Shown: positions 19,407-29,922 of the stretch, piece by piece
Layout of the letters: each line of letters opens with the position of its first letter
Numbering within the stretch: the stretch's first letter is position 1
NCBI GenBank assembly: GCA_965246885.1
Contig: OZ251992.1
Location: 2,912,001-2,976,000 of the forward strand
Length of the DNA: 64,000 nucleotides
Direction: 5' to 3'
DNA from: Abditibacterium sp.
Lineage (GTDB): Bacteria; Armatimonadota; Abditibacteriia; Abditibacteriales; Abditibacteriaceae
Notes under the pieces: model-generated
Databases searched by the model: none
What the model saw: only the letters and a program-made list of their open reading frames with translations
What the model was told of the DNA's origin: nothing
Made by a program: the position numbers and the translations under genes

Positions 19407-21542
19407 TTAAGGCAGCACTTCGGCGTCCACCACGATGCGGAATTGGCCTTCGGCTTGGATGCCGAAAAGGAACTCGACGTTCACGCTCGCACCCGCCGCG
19501 AGGGTGCCGCCCGGAAGCGGCGCCGTCCAACCGGCGTTGAGGCCGCCGCCGTTGCCAGTGCTTGCGGCGGTGAGCGGCGCTTCCGTCGGCGTGGTGGGCG
19601 CGTCTATGGTCATGCCATAGGCGCCGCGCGTGAGGGCGCCGCCGTTGTTGGGATCGAAGAACTTGACCCCGCCCGACGAGATGGCGCGCAGGTCGGCCAC
19701 GCCCGAAGAGGTGCTGGTGCCTGCGGTAATGGCCACGATGCGAAAGCGCAACTTGGACACGCTCGCGCCAGTGTTGTTGGTGATGGTGCGGCGAATGGTC
19801 AGGCGCCCCTTGGAATCAACACTGCTGCCCTTGCTGACGTAGCGCGCGATGGGATACAGGCCGGGCGGGGTGTAGGCGGTGTTGCTGATGGCGTCGTTGC
19901 GCTGGATGGTGCTGCCGGTGTTGTGCGGGTTGGGGCTGCCCAGACGCGGGCCGGTCAAGGGGCCGACGCCGCTCGCGCCGACGGTACTGCCCGTCACGGT
20001 GGTGTCCACGAGGTTGAAGTCGGTTGAGGACGCGCCCACGCCCACGTTGGACGGGCTACCGGTTTCGAGGCGACGCACAAAAGCGTATTGGTCACTCTGG
20101 CTGGGAGGAATGGCGGTGTTGTACAGGTTGCTCACCACGTCCACGTTTGTGCCCTTGGCGTTGTAAAGGTGCAGCGCGGCGCCGGAGATAACATCGGTGG
20201 TATACGTGATGTCGCCCGCAACGCCGAGCGAGTAGCCGTTGGAATCGGTGACAAGCAAGTGCCCGTAGGCGGGGATGACGCCGGAAAGGGGGATGCTGGC
20301 CGACCCTATGGCACCCGTCGCGTAGCCGATGCTCCAGCCATCAATGACAAGGGGCGCGGCGGTGGTGTTGCAAAGCTCGATGAACTGGTCGCCCGCGCCC
20401 CCCGGCCCGCTCAAGCGGTATTGAGAAATCAGCGCGCCGGAGGTGGCGGAGACGGTGGTGTACAGTTCGGCGGAAGCGAGGGGGCTACCAGCAAGGTTTT
20501 GTCCGCCCACCACGAGAGTTTTGCCGTTTTGGAGCAGGGTGGCGGTGTGACTGGTGCGCGCAGCGGCCAAGGGGCCAGTGACGGTGAAAGTACCACTTGA
20601 GGGATTGTAGAGTTCGGCGCTGGCTTGGATACCACTGTTGCTTTGTCCGCCCGCAAGGAGGACTTGGTTGTTGGGCAGCAGCGTCGCGGTGTATTGGAAG
20701 CGGTTGGTAATGAGGTTGCCCGTCGCGGTAAAGGTGCCAGAGGCGGGGTCGTAGAGTTCGACACTATTAGCGGCGGCGCTTCCGCCACCCCCAGCGACGA
20801 GGACGCGGCCCCCCGGCAAGAGGGTGGCGGTAGGGAAAGAGCGCACGGTCGCCATGTTTCCCGCCGAAGAGAAAGCGTGCGTCGTGGGGTCGTAGAGTTC
20901 GGCGCTTGCGAGGGTGCCAGAGCCGTTTTGACCGCCACAGACGAGGACTTTACCGGTGGGCAGGAGAGTGGCGGTGTGGCCATAGCGCGCGGTGGCGAGG
21001 GAGCCAGTGGTAGAGAAAGTGCGGGTGGCGGGGTCGTAGAGTTCGGCGCTACTGGTAGCTACGCCCGTAGCATCAACGCCCCCAGTGAGCAGGACTTGGC
21101 CGTTTTGCAAGCGGGTGGCGGTGTGGAGGGCACGCGCGGCCACCATCAGCCCCGACGTATACGCGAAGCCCGAAGTGCTGGAAGAGTAGAGTTCGGCACT
21201 TTGCAAGATGGCATTACCCGCGCCCTGTCCGCCCGCGATGAGGGTGGTGCCATCGCCAAGGTCGGTGGCGGTGTGGTAGGCGCGCGCGATGTTCAAGGAG
21301 CCGGTGACGGCGAAGGTGCCCGCGCCGGGGTCATACAGTTCGGCACCTCCTAAAGGGGTGCTTGACGATAGCCCCCCGACAATGAGGACTTTGCCGGTGT
21401 TGAGGCGCGTGGCGGTGTGCCACGTGCGCGCTGTGTTCAAGGAGCCGGTCGGGGCAAAAGTCTGGGCGCGCGCAACGCCCAACAAGAGGAGCAAGCACAA
21501 TGGAACGAGCGCGGCGCGAGTCGCGCAGAAGAGTCTTTTCAT
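19407..21542 (-). CDS. Secreted Kelch-repeat beta-propeller protein with lamin-tail-like domain and uncharacterised C-terminal domain
   Basis: Signal peptide (ARA-Q); seven R..HTAT.L..GKVL..GG...AELYDP repeats; LISQYR..G....DQFIELCN.T......GWSI (LTD-like). Confidence 0.8.
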   Translation of the reverse strand: MKRLFCATRAALVPLCLLLLLGVARAQTFAPTGSLNTARTWHTATRLNTGKVLIVGGLSSSTPLGGAELYDPGAGTFAVTGSLNIARAYHTATDLGDGTTLIAGGQGAGNAILQSAELYSSSTSGFAYTSGLMVAARALHTATRLQNGQVLLTGGVDATGVATSSAELYDPATRTFSTTGSLATARYGHTATLLPTGKVLVCGGQNGSGTLASAELYDPTTHAFSSAGNMATVRSFPTATLLPGGRVLVAGGGGSAAANSVELYDPASGTFTATGNLITNRFQYTATLLPNNQVLLAGGQSNSGIQASAELYNPSSGTFTVTGPLAAARTSHTATLLQNGKTLVVGGQNLAGSPLASAELYTTVSATSGALISQYRLSGPGGAGDQFIELCNTTAAPLVIDGWSIGYATGAIGSASIPLSGVIPAYGHLLVTDSNGYSLGVAGDITYTTDVISGAALHLYNAKGTNVDVVSNLYNTAIPPSQSDQYAFVRRLETGSPSNVGVGASSTDFNLVDTTVTGSTVGASGVGPLTGPRLGSPNPHNTGSTIQRNDAISNTAYTPPGLYPIARYVSKGSSVDSKGRLTIRRTITNNTGASVSKLRFRIVAITAGTSTSSGVADLRAISSGGVKFFDPNNGGALTRGAYGMTIDAPTTPTEAPLTAASTGNGGGLNAGWTAPLPGGTLAAGASVNVEFLFGIQAEGQFRIVVDAEVLP

Positions 21543-21753
21543 GACAAGAGAGATTCACTCAGGCGCACGGCAAGTGCGCTCGAAGGATACCTAAGGGAAT
21601 GGGGAGATGCAAGGGATCATTCCCTCATTTTGAACAAATGTTCTGAGTGCACGCGCGGCAATTCGTGAAGAGCCGCCAGCGGCTTGCTCGACTTGGCCCA
21701 TCCAAATTCCCTTTGTTATCCTTCAAAGGGACAATTCCACCAACCCAACCAAT

Positions 21754-24420
21754 ATGGCTACCCAACAAAAACCCGTCTGGCTGTTCCGCGACGGCAAGAA
21801 AGAACTGCGCGACTTGCTTGGCGGCAAAGGCGCCAACCTCGCCGAAATGACCAACATCGGTCTGCCCGTGCCTCCGGGCTTCACCGTCACCACCGAAGTT
21901 TGCACCGACTACTACGCGAACGGGAAACAGATTCCCGCCGGTCTGATGGACGACGTTAAAAAGGCCGTCGCCGATGTCGAGCAAGCGATTGGCAAAAAGT
22001 TCGGCGACGACAAGAACCCGCTCCTCTTTTCGGTGCGTTCGGGCGCCAAGTTCTCGCTCCCCGGCATGATGGACACCGTGCTTAACCTCGGCCTCAACGA
22101 TACCGCCGTCGAGGGTCTTATCGCCGCGACGGGCGGCAACTCGCGCTTCGCTTACGATTCCTACCGCCGCTTCTTGATGATGTTTTCCGACATCACGCTC
22201 AAGGCCGATTATCCCGGCTTGTCTAAAGAAGGCTTCGAGCGCATCTTGACCGACCACAAACAAAAACTCGGCAAGACCGACGACACGGAGCTTACGGGCG
22301 ACGACTGGAAGGCGCTGTGCGAGATTTACAAAGGCTTCTTCCGCGAGCAGACGGGCCGCGAGTTCCCCTCCGACCCTTACGAGCAGTTGGAAACCTCCAT
22401 CACCGCCGTCTTTCGTTCGTGGAACAACGAGCGCGCCATCATCTACCGCAACAAGGAGAAGATTTCGCACTCCATTGGCACCGCCGTCAACGTGCAGTCA
22501 ATGGTGTTCGGCAACATGGGCGAAGATTCGGGTTCTGGTGTCATGTTCACCCGCAACGCCGCGACGGGCGAGAACGTGATCTACGGTGAATACCTGCCCA
22601 ACGCGCAGGGCGAAGATGTCGTCGCGGGCGTTCGTACGCCGCTCGAAATCGCTGAACTTGAAGCCAACAACAAGCCCATTTACGACGAACTGATCGCCAA
22701 CGCCAAGCGCCTCGAAGACCACTACCGCGATATGCAGGACATCGAGTTCACCATCGAAAAGAACAAGCTGTTCATCCTGCAATGTCGCTCCGGCAAGCGC
22801 ACCGGCACCGCCGCCATCCGCATCGCCGTCGAAATGGTCGGCGAGAACTTCATCTCCAAAGAGAAAGCCGTCTCGATGGTGCCCGCTTCCGGTTTGGAAC
22901 AAGCCCTCCATCCGCGCCTCAAGAACACCAAGAGCGCGCGTCAAATCGCCAAGGGTCTCAATGCTGGCCCCGGCGGAGCCGTCGGTATGGCCGTCTTTTC
23001 GTCCGAACGGGCGGCGGAGTTGGGCAAAGGCGGCGAGGGGAAAGCCGTCATCCTCTGCTCGGCGGAAACCACGCCCGACGACCTAAAAGGTATGCTCGCG
23101 GCGCAAGGCGTATTAACAAGTCGCGGCGGACGCACCTCGCACGCGGCGCTGGTCGCGCGTCAGTTCGGCATCCCCACGATTTGCGGTTGCTCCGACATGA
23201 AAATGGAAGGCCACCACGCGAGCCAATTCACCTGTCCCGATGGCACCGTCATTAAGGAAGGCGACTGGATTACCATTGACGGAACCGAAGGCGTCGTTTA
23301 CGAAGGCGCCCTCGAAGTTGAACCTGCTGGACAGTCGGGCGACTTCGCCACTCTCATGGGCTGGGCCGACGAGTTCCGCACGATGGGCGTTCGCACCAAT
23401 GCCGACACACCCGAACAAGCCGCCGAAGCCGTCGCTTTGGGCGCCGAAGGCATCGGACTTTGCCGCACCGAGCATATGTTCTTGGAAGAAGACCGCTTAC
23501 CGATTGTGCGCCGCATGATTCTGGCGGCCAACGAAATGGAACGCCAGAAGGCGCTCGACGAACTGCTCCCGATTCAGCGCGAGGACTTCGTCGGCATCTT
23601 CCGCGCGATGGCCGGCAAACCCGTGACGGTGCGCCTCATCGACCCGCCGCTCCACGAGTTCTTGCCCTCGCAAATCGAGTTGGAAAAGGAAGTCGCGGTT
23701 TTGGAATCGAAGGGCCTCAAGGACGCCGAGAAGGAAACGCTGCTCAACAAAGTGCGCGAGTTGCACGAGCAGAACCCGATGCTTGGACTTCGCGGCGTGC
23801 GTTTGTCTATCGTGTTCCCCGGCATCGTGGCGATGCAAACGGCGGCCATCATCGGCGCGGCGGCGCAGGTCAAGAAAGAGGGGATGGACGTTCACCCCGA
23901 AATCATGATTCCGCTCATCGGCCACGTCAACGAACTTAAAGCCGTGCGCGGCGACTTAGAGCGCGTCGCCAAAGAAACGGCGCAAGCCGAGGGCCAGCAA
24001 GTGGACTACAAGTTCGGCACCATGATCGAAATCCCGCGCGCCTGTTTGACGGCGGGCGAAATCGCGCAGGAAGCTGAGTTCTTCTCGTTCGGCACCAACG
24101 ACCTGACGCAAATGACCTACGGCATGAGCCGCGACGACGCTGGCCCGTTCCTGATGCCCTATATCCAGAAGGAAATCTACAAAGAAGACCCGACGGTGAG
24201 CATTGACCAAACCGGCGTTGGCCGCCTCATGCAAATGTGCTGCGACGACGCCCGCAAAGTCAACGCAAGCATTAAGCTCGGCATCTGCGGCGAACAAGGC
24301 GGCGACCCCGACAGCGTCAAGTTCTGCAACAAGCTCGGCCTCACCTACGTCTCGTGCTCGCCTAAACGCGTCCCCGTCGCAAGACTGGCGGCGGCGCAAG
24401 CAGCAATAGACGCCAAATAA
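21754..24420 (+). CDS. ppdK: Pyruvate, phosphate dikinase
   Basis: LGGKGANLAEM, SVRSGA, NAQGEDVVAG, GGRTSHAA (phospho-His), EFFSFGTNDLTQ; 888 aa. Confidence 0.98.
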   Translation: MATQQKPVWLFRDGKKELRDLLGGKGANLAEMTNIGLPVPPGFTVTTEVCTDYYANGKQIPAGLMDDVKKAVADVEQAIGKKFGDDKNPLLFSVRSGAKFSLPGMMDTVLNLGLNDTAVEGLIAATGGNSRFAYDSYRRFLMMFSDITLKADYPGLSKEGFERILTDHKQKLGKTDDTELTGDDWKALCEIYKGFFREQTGREFPSDPYEQLETSITAVFRSWNNERAIIYRNKEKISHSIGTAVNVQSMVFGNMGEDSGSGVMFTRNAATGENVIYGEYLPNAQGEDVVAGVRTPLEIAELEANNKPIYDELIANAKRLEDHYRDMQDIEFTIEKNKLFILQCRSGKRTGTAAIRIAVEMVGENFISKEKAVSMVPASGLEQALHPRLKNTKSARQIAKGLNAGPGGAVGMAVFSSERAAELGKGGEGKAVILCSAETTPDDLKGMLAAQGVLTSRGGRTSHAALVARQFGIPTICGCSDMKMEGHHASQFTCPDGTVIKEGDWITIDGTEGVVYEGALEVEPAGQSGDFATLMGWADEFRTMGVRTNADTPEQAAEAVALGAEGIGLCRTEHMFLEEDRLPIVRRMILAANEMERQKALDELLPIQREDFVGIFRAMAGKPVTVRLIDPPLHEFLPSQIELEKEVAVLESKGLKDAEKETLLNKVRELHEQNPMLGLRGVRLSIVFPGIVAMQTAAIIGAAAQVKKEGMDVHPEIMIPLIGHVNELKAVRGDLERVAKETAQAEGQQVDYKFGTMIEIPRACLTAGEIAQEAEFFSFGTNDLTQMTYGMSRDDAGPFLMPYIQKEIYKEDPTVSIDQTGVGRLMQMCCDDARKVNASIKLGICGEQGGDPDSVKFCNKLGLTYVSCSPKRVPVARLAAAQAAIDAK

Positions 24421-24435
24421 AGGCGGGTTGGATAA

Positions 24436-24472
24436 AATAAACGGCGCGGCTCCATCAGCCGCGCCGTTTATT
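24436..24472 (+). terminator. Intrinsic terminator after ppdK
   Basis: AATAAACGGCGCGGCT-CCATC-AGCCGCGCCGTTTATT perfect stem with A/T flanks. Confidence 0.8.
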
Positions 24473-24483
24473 GTGTCGGCTAC

Positions 24484-25513
24484 ATGAATAGTCCCATCTC
24501 CCACCTGACAGAGGTATTGCAGGAAGCGAAAGACGCGGCGCGCTTTTGAACCCCAGTTGAAGAACAGCGAAGCGGCAACACGCGCCGCGCTCATTGACCC
24601 CATCTTGCGGGCTTTGGGTTGGGACATCGCTAATCCCGCTCGCGTTCTGGTGGAGAACACCAAGACGGTGGACAAGAAGGGGACGCGGGTTGATTATGCC
24701 CTGCTTCACGGTGATGAAACCAAGATCATTGTCGAAGCGAAAAAGCTCGGCGAAAACTTGAAGACCGATTTGACACAAGTCGTGCAATATATCGTCGGGC
24801 GTGGGGTCAGCAATCTGTTTGTAACTGATGGCTTGGTCTAGCACCACTACCACCACTTCTCAACAGCCGACCCAAACCCAACCCGCGCGCTCAATTTGTC
24901 TACGGATGCCCTTCCTCAAGTCGCAGCGTATCTGGTTCAACAAATGGACGCGGCTCTCGTTTCCCCAGAAGCGCCGAAGAACGGCGAACTCAAGCAACGG
25001 GTCGAAACGTTGGAAGAGTTGGTTGCTTCGATAGAAGAGCAACTGGTAGAATTGGCGAAGAAGGGCCGCGCTCCGGCCAAGCCCCCGACAAGTCCGAGGC
25101 CAAATGCCACCCCGCCCGTTAAGCTCAGCGATGTCCCAACGCTGCCCAGCGCAAAGCAGAACTGGTGTTCCGTCAACGGCGGACAGAAATTCTTCAGCAC
25201 TAAAGCCATCGAGGTAACTGTCGAAGCACTGCGCCAATTGGCCGAGGTTTCCGACGCTGTTTTGCCGCAAATCGAGGCAGCGATGATGGACTCCTTCGCT
25301 ACCAAAAAGAAGAAAGTCATCAAGCGGCGCTGGATCGCCCAAAGCCGGGAGGAGCTTTACGAGAATCCAAAGCTCCTTGCCTCCTCCATCGAGATTGTCG
25401 CAGGCTGGTGGCTGGGGACGAACTATAGCAACGGAGACAAACGCGATATGCTGGCTACCGCTGCAAGCGTCGCCCAACAGTTCGACATCCAACTGGACTT
25501 CAATCTCATATAG
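24484..25513 (+). pseudogene. Disrupted HsdR-N-like endonuclease fused to a SeqA-like C-terminal domain
   Basis: ATG 24484 frame stops at 24547; a shifted frame gives EAATRAALIDPILRALGWD...VDYAL...VEAK; in-frame TAG at 24839-24841 (TDGLV*), then the same frame continues to 25513. Confidence 0.75.
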
Positions 25514-25632
25514 CTATCAACCAGTTCCCCTCAGACTGCCCGTGCCCGCTTTCTGATGGCTCGCCATATCGTTGCATCGTGAGGGAATGGAGTGGACGTC
25601 CAAATTCTAAGGATAATCTCAATAAAACCTGT

Positions 25633-25678
25633 TTGAACGGCCTTTTCGGGGGGTATACTTATTTGTGACAGTCACAAA
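25633..25678 (+). promoter_or_regulatory. Promoter (TTGAAC..TATACT) with operator palindrome TTTGTGACAGTCACAAA
   Basis: -10 at 25654-25659; 17-bp palindrome at 25662-25678; core recurs three more times in the locus. Confidence 0.8.
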
Positions 25679-25728
25679 CATTGGAGAATTCCTCGCTTCT
25701 TGGCATGAAGCGAAGCGATGGAGACACC

Positions 25729-26523
25729 ATGAACTACTACCCGATAAACTCACTTTCACCCTTCTGCCGAAAGAAAGCGGCGGTTTCCGCTTTTACTTTG
25801 GTGGAACTCCTCGTCGTTATAGCGATCATCGCTATTTTGGCGGCCATTCTTTTCCCGGCTTTTGGCCGGGCGCGCGAGAATGGGCGGCGCGCTTCCTGCC
25901 AGTCGAACATGAAACAGTTGGGCTTGGGCATTTTGCAATACGCGCAGGATTACGACGAAAAGCTGCCCGGCAAAGCGCTCGACGGCAATAACCGATACGG
26001 CGCGCACTGGAACGGAACGGGTTGGGCAGGCCAAATTTTCCCTTACGTCAAAAGCGGCCAGATTTACAAGTGTCCCAGCGACACTTACTCGCCGCCCCCC
26101 GACGCTACCGGCGTTCCTGTCTCCTACGCTTTTACGGAGATTTTCGGCGGAGTACGCATTGCCCGCCTCGGCGGCAACGCCCAAACGGTTGCTCTGTCCG
26201 AAGCCTCTGTATCTTCGGTAGTCAACGTTTTCGACCCGAAAGAAAGCGGAACGGCGACCTCGATGGGCGATTTCGGCGACAACTTGATCTTCGTGGAAAG
26301 CAACCGTTTCAACACCACTTGCTGCGGCAACTCTGGTTTACAATACCACACCGCCGCTTTTCAAGATGACGCTCATGGCGGCGGCTCCGAAGTGGGCGCT
26401 CCCATGCACTTCGACGGCTCCAACTTCTTGCTGATGGATGGCCACGTCAAGTTCTACCACTCCAACCAAGTTTCCGTGTACGCGACTAACGCGGCCAACT
26501 CGCAAATCAGCTATTATCGCTAA
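25729..26523 (+). CDS. Prepilin-type N-terminal cleavage/methylation protein (DUF1559, H-X9-DG)
   Basis: [63 protein letters not shown]. Confidence 0.92.
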   Translation: MNYYPINSLSPFCRKKAAVSAFTLVELLVVIAIIAILAAILFPAFGRARENGRRASCQSNMKQLGLGILQYAQDYDEKLPGKALDGNNRYGAHWNGTGWAGQIFPYVKSGQIYKCPSDTYSPPPDATGVPVSYAFTEIFGGVRIARLGGNAQTVALSEASVSSVVNVFDPKESGTATSMGDFGDNLIFVESNRFNTTCCGNSGLQYHTAAFQDDAHGGGSEVGAPMHFDGSNFLLMDGHVKFYHSNQVSVYATNAANSQISYYR

Positions 26524-26535
26524 AAAGGGACTCTC

Positions 26536-26880
26536 ATGCGACCTGCAATCATTCCCCGTGTTGCTTTGTTCTTGGCGGGTTTGGCCTTTCTTTCCGGGTG
26601 TAGCAACTCCCAGTTACCCCCGGAGAAAACCGTCATCAAGCAAAATCAAAACACTATTCGTTTCACGCTCAACGACCCCAAGATGTCGCCCCAGACAAAA
26701 CAGGCGATGATCGAGTCGATGAAGCAAAACATGCCAGCCGGTGTCAAGGCGGCGATGGGCAAGCAAGAAGCCACCGCCGCCCAGCAGCACAACGCCAACA
26801 TCGAGCGCATCAATGCCAACCCCAACCTGTCCGCCGAGGACAAACAACGGTTCATCGAACAAGAGCGCGCACGGCAGTAG
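26536..26880 (+). CDS. Small lipoprotein of unknown function
   Basis: Lipobox LSG-C after a hydrophobic stretch; sits between the two pilin-like genes. Confidence 0.75.
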   Translation: MRPAIIPRVALFLAGLAFLSGCSNSQLPPEKTVIKQNQNTIRFTLNDPKMSPQTKQAMIESMKQNMPAGVKAAMGKQEATAAQQHNANIERINANPNLSAEDKQRFIEQERARQ

Positions 26881-26932
26881 CCTCGTTCCGCGTCTGCTTT
26901 TGTATCCAACCTTCCCAAAGGAACATTTTCCA

Positions 26933-27712
26933 ATGAAACTGAATCACACCCAACACACAGCGCCGCGCCGCGCCCTTGGATTTACCCTTATAGAAATCCT
27001 CGTTGTCATCGCTATCATCGCCATTCTCGCGGCGATTCTTTTCCCGGCTTTCGCCCGCGCCCGCGAGAACGCCCGCAAAGCCTCCTGCCAGTCCAACCTC
27101 AAGCAAATCGGCTTGGGCTTCACCCAATACTTGCAGGACTACGACGAACGGTATCCACCAATGTACGGGAGTTCGGTTTGGAGCAAAAACCTTCTTCCCT
27201 ACATCAAGAGCACGCAGGTTTTCGGATGCCCATCCAATGACGTTAGCGATCAATTCATGCCCGGAAGTAATAACGAGATTCCCGCTTCTTATGGCATCAA
27301 TCCACGAATTGTTCGGGGCGATTTTATGTTCTCCCCAGGCACAGACTACCCGTATCGGATGGCGGCTATGAACTCGCCCTCGCAAAAGATATTGGTGGGG
27401 GACACTGGATCGGGCGACGTGGGAGTGGGTTGGTACGACTGGTATCACAACAACAAATGGGCGGAGGTAGCTAACAACGGTTTCAAAGGGCATTTAGGAA
27501 CCGGCAACTTCCTGTTCGCCGACGGCCATGTTAAGGCGATGAAGCTGGAGAACACCATTACTCCATTCAACATGTGGGGCGAGTTCTACGCGCAAGAGTG
27601 GAACGATAAAACCGACGTCTGTTACGCTTACGGTTACGATCCCAACTGCGACCTTCCCAGTGCCGATGCCACCACCGAAGCCGCCAAAGCCAGCCGCGAC
27701 TATTGGAACTAA
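26933..27712 (+). CDS. Prepilin-type N-terminal cleavage/methylation protein (DUF1559, H-X9-DG)
   Basis: [56 protein letters not shown]. Confidence 0.92.
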   Translation: MKLNHTQHTAPRRALGFTLIEILVVIAIIAILAAILFPAFARARENARKASCQSNLKQIGLGFTQYLQDYDERYPPMYGSSVWSKNLLPYIKSTQVFGCPSNDVSDQFMPGSNNEIPASYGINPRIVRGDFMFSPGTDYPYRMAAMNSPSQKILVGDTGSGDVGVGWYDWYHNNKWAEVANNGFKGHLGTGNFLFADGHVKAMKLENTITPFNMWGEFYAQEWNDKTDVCYAYGYDPNCDLPSADATTEAAKASRDYWN

Positions 27713-27723
27713 ATCAATACTCA

Positions 27724-27759
27724 AGGGCGGGCGAACACGATGTTCGCCCGCTCTTTATT
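27724..27759 (+). terminator. Intrinsic terminator between convergent genes
   Basis: AGGGCGGGCGAACA-CGA-TGTTCGCCCGCTCT followed by TTATT. Confidence 0.75.
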
Positions 27760-27767
27760 GTGCCGGT

Positions 27768-29822
27768 TTATGCGCGCGGGGAGGCTTTGGTGGGCGCGGG
27801 CGCGTCAAAGAAAAGGCCGCTCATCGCCGAGTTCGTCCACACGCTAATCTTCTTGATGCGCAATATGACGTGGCCCTGCACGTTCCACACAAAGTATTTG
27901 CCCGCCGAGTAGGTGTTAATCTCCTGCGAGTCGAGGGTCTTACCGCTTGCGGCGTCTACCACTTGGATGTTAGCGGCGCGTCCGCTTTCCCAGTCCAAGC
28001 CATAAAGCGCGATTTGATGCACGGCGGTGTCGGTCAAGTTGCAATCAATGTCGTACGTCAGGTCGTTGCTGCCCCACTGCCCCGCGACGCGGTCGGTGCC
28101 GCCTTCTTTTTGGAGGGCGCGCACGTCGCTCGTGGAACCGGCCCAAGGGTATGTCCACGTCGCCACGTTCACCTTGCCATAGGCGGGCTGTTTGGTCGCG
28201 TCGGCGGCGATTAAGTAGCCCTCACTTCCATAAACTCCCTTCCAGCTTCCCTGCGTTTGGGTGTCAATTTTGACAAACGTCGCGCTCGCGCCGGGGGCTT
28301 TGGCGGCGGTGAGGGCCGCGACGGTGACGCCGCCATCTTGCACGATCTTCAACACGTGCGCCCCCGCCGTTAACGCGACGGGCACAGGCGCCGCGACGAG
28401 GGCGCCTTTCTTGCCGGTTTTGGCAACGGAAAGAGGACCGGACAAGTTGGCGCCTGTCTCGTCCTCGACATGAAACGTGCCGCCGCTCTTCGGCGAAGTG
28501 ACGAGGAAACTGAACGTATACGCGCCCCCGGTGGGCACCTGCACGGTGTAGTTATGCCACGCCCCGCCGTCCGCGAGTTGCTCGCGCGCGATGCCGGGGC
28601 CACCGAGGTTGTAGTCGGCGGCCTTGATGGTGCCGGGAAGGGAGAGAGGTTTGCGCGGCGTGCCTACCCCGTCGCTGAGATACACGCGCGAGTAGTTCCA
28701 CTCGTAGAACTTGCCCTCGAACGCCGAAGCGGGGAGTTCTTTGTTGACGCTTCCGATTTGGTTGTGGCCCCAGCCACCATCGAACAGGAAATCTATGTCA
28801 ACGGGTTCATCGCTTTTGGTGTTGCCGTATGTCCAGTAGTAGTCTTTGCCGCGCTGGATGAGGATACCGTCCACATACATGGCGAAGGAGTTGTCCTTTT
28901 TGTAAACCCACGTCCACGTGTGGTAGACGGTCGGGTCGAACTTGGCGATGCCGCGCGCTTTCATGGTGCCTTCCCAGTCCCAAAAGTTCCACTCGTCCTT
29001 CATCGGGGCCGCGACGGAGTTGGAATGAAAGAAGCGCCCGTCGTAGTTGGTGTTGCCGCCGCCGTTGTCGTAACCAAACGATTCCACGAGGTCATGCTCG
29101 GCGCCCTGCCCGTTCTGGCCGTCCCACTTCCATTTGTTGCCCGCCGTCCAAATGGCGAACCAGAAGTAAGGCGGCGTGAGGTAGCGCGCGCGCGTTTCCC
29201 AGACGATGTCGCGGCCCAGCAAAGAGCCACCGGTGGGCAAGCGCCACTTCGCCATGAAGGAACCGTTGCCGGTGTTGTGGTTGCGCACTTGCACGTCCGT
29301 CACCTTGTTGAGCGGGGTCAGGAAAGTGCGCATGGAATCGGGCGTCCATGCGCGCACGGGTGGGGAGTTGACGCCTTCAATGGGCTGTCCCCCCATCGCG
29401 GTAGCGGCGTCGGGTGCCACCATGTTCGAGCCGTACTTGCCGCCGTTGTTGATGGTGCCGAACTGGTCGTGGTAGTAGAAGTTGGCGCTCATGTCGGCAT
29501 AGTTCTTAATCGTGCCAGTAGAGCCAAAGTGCCAGTTCTTCACCAGCACCATCCCCGGCCCGCCCAAGCCAAAGGAGGGCGCGGGGCCAAGGGCAGGATC
29601 CATTACGGTGCCGCCGCCCAAAGTTTCGCGGCCCGCAAAGGGCGAGGCGACGAGAGAAAGCGGCGCGCGGTCGGTCGTTGGGATCGCGGGCGCGCTCAAG
29701 CAACTGGGCGCGAGGGCGCACAAAGTGGAGGTCGCCAGCAACGGCAGGGCGACCCGGTTGGTCGCGCGATCGAGAAGCGCCAGACGAGCGGCGCGGCGTG
29801 GGCAAGGATGGATGGGTTTCAT
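27768..29822 (-). CDS. Secreted divergent GH16-like protein with CBM6-like and further C-terminal beta-domain
   Basis: WFAIW...EHDLVE (ExDxxE), YHTWTW, YEWNYSRVY; PGTIKAADYNLGG..W.NYTV...LTAGAHVLKI (CBM-like). Confidence 0.65.
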   Translation of the reverse strand: MKPIHPCPRRAARLALLDRATNRVALPLLATSTLCALAPSCLSAPAIPTTDRAPLSLVASPFAGRETLGGGTVMDPALGPAPSFGLGGPGMVLVKNWHFGSTGTIKNYADMSANFYYHDQFGTINNGGKYGSNMVAPDAATAMGGQPIEGVNSPPVRAWTPDSMRTFLTPLNKVTDVQVRNHNTGNGSFMAKWRLPTGGSLLGRDIVWETRARYLTPPYFWFAIWTAGNKWKWDGQNGQGAEHDLVESFGYDNGGGNTNYDGRFFHSNSVAAPMKDEWNFWDWEGTMKARGIAKFDPTVYHTWTWVYKKDNSFAMYVDGILIQRGKDYYWTYGNTKSDEPVDIDFLFDGGWGHNQIGSVNKELPASAFEGKFYEWNYSRVYLSDGVGTPRKPLSLPGTIKAADYNLGGPGIAREQLADGGAWHNYTVQVPTGGAYTFSFLVTSPKSGGTFHVEDETGANLSGPLSVAKTGKKGALVAAPVPVALTAGAHVLKIVQDGGVTVAALTAAKAPGASATFVKIDTQTQGSWKGVYGSEGYLIAADATKQPAYGKVNVATWTYPWAGSTSDVRALQKEGGTDRVAGQWGSNDLTYDIDCNLTDTAVHQIALYGLDWESGRAANIQVVDAASGKTLDSQEINTYSAGKYFVWNVQGHVILRIKKISVWTNSAMSGLFFDAPAPTKASPRA

Positions 29823-29846
29823 AGTAAGGCAAGTGAACTTGCTGTT

Positions 29847-29890
29847 GTGACTGTCACTATATTATACCCCGCGCCGTCGCCGTTCAAACA
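29847..29890 (-). promoter_or_regulatory. Promoter (TTGAAC..TATAAT) with GTGACAGTCAC operator
   Basis: Minus strand TGTTTGAACGGC...GGGGTATAATATAGTGACAGTCAC, same layout as the 25633 promoter. Confidence 0.8.
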
Positions 29891-29922
29891 AGGAGCGGGG
29901 AAATTCAACCGTCGAAATGCGT

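Noticed and set aside
25536..25546. CTGCCCGTGCC as att duplicate of the tRNA-Asn 3' end
   Set aside because: Only a 10/11 match in GC-rich DNA, expected by chance
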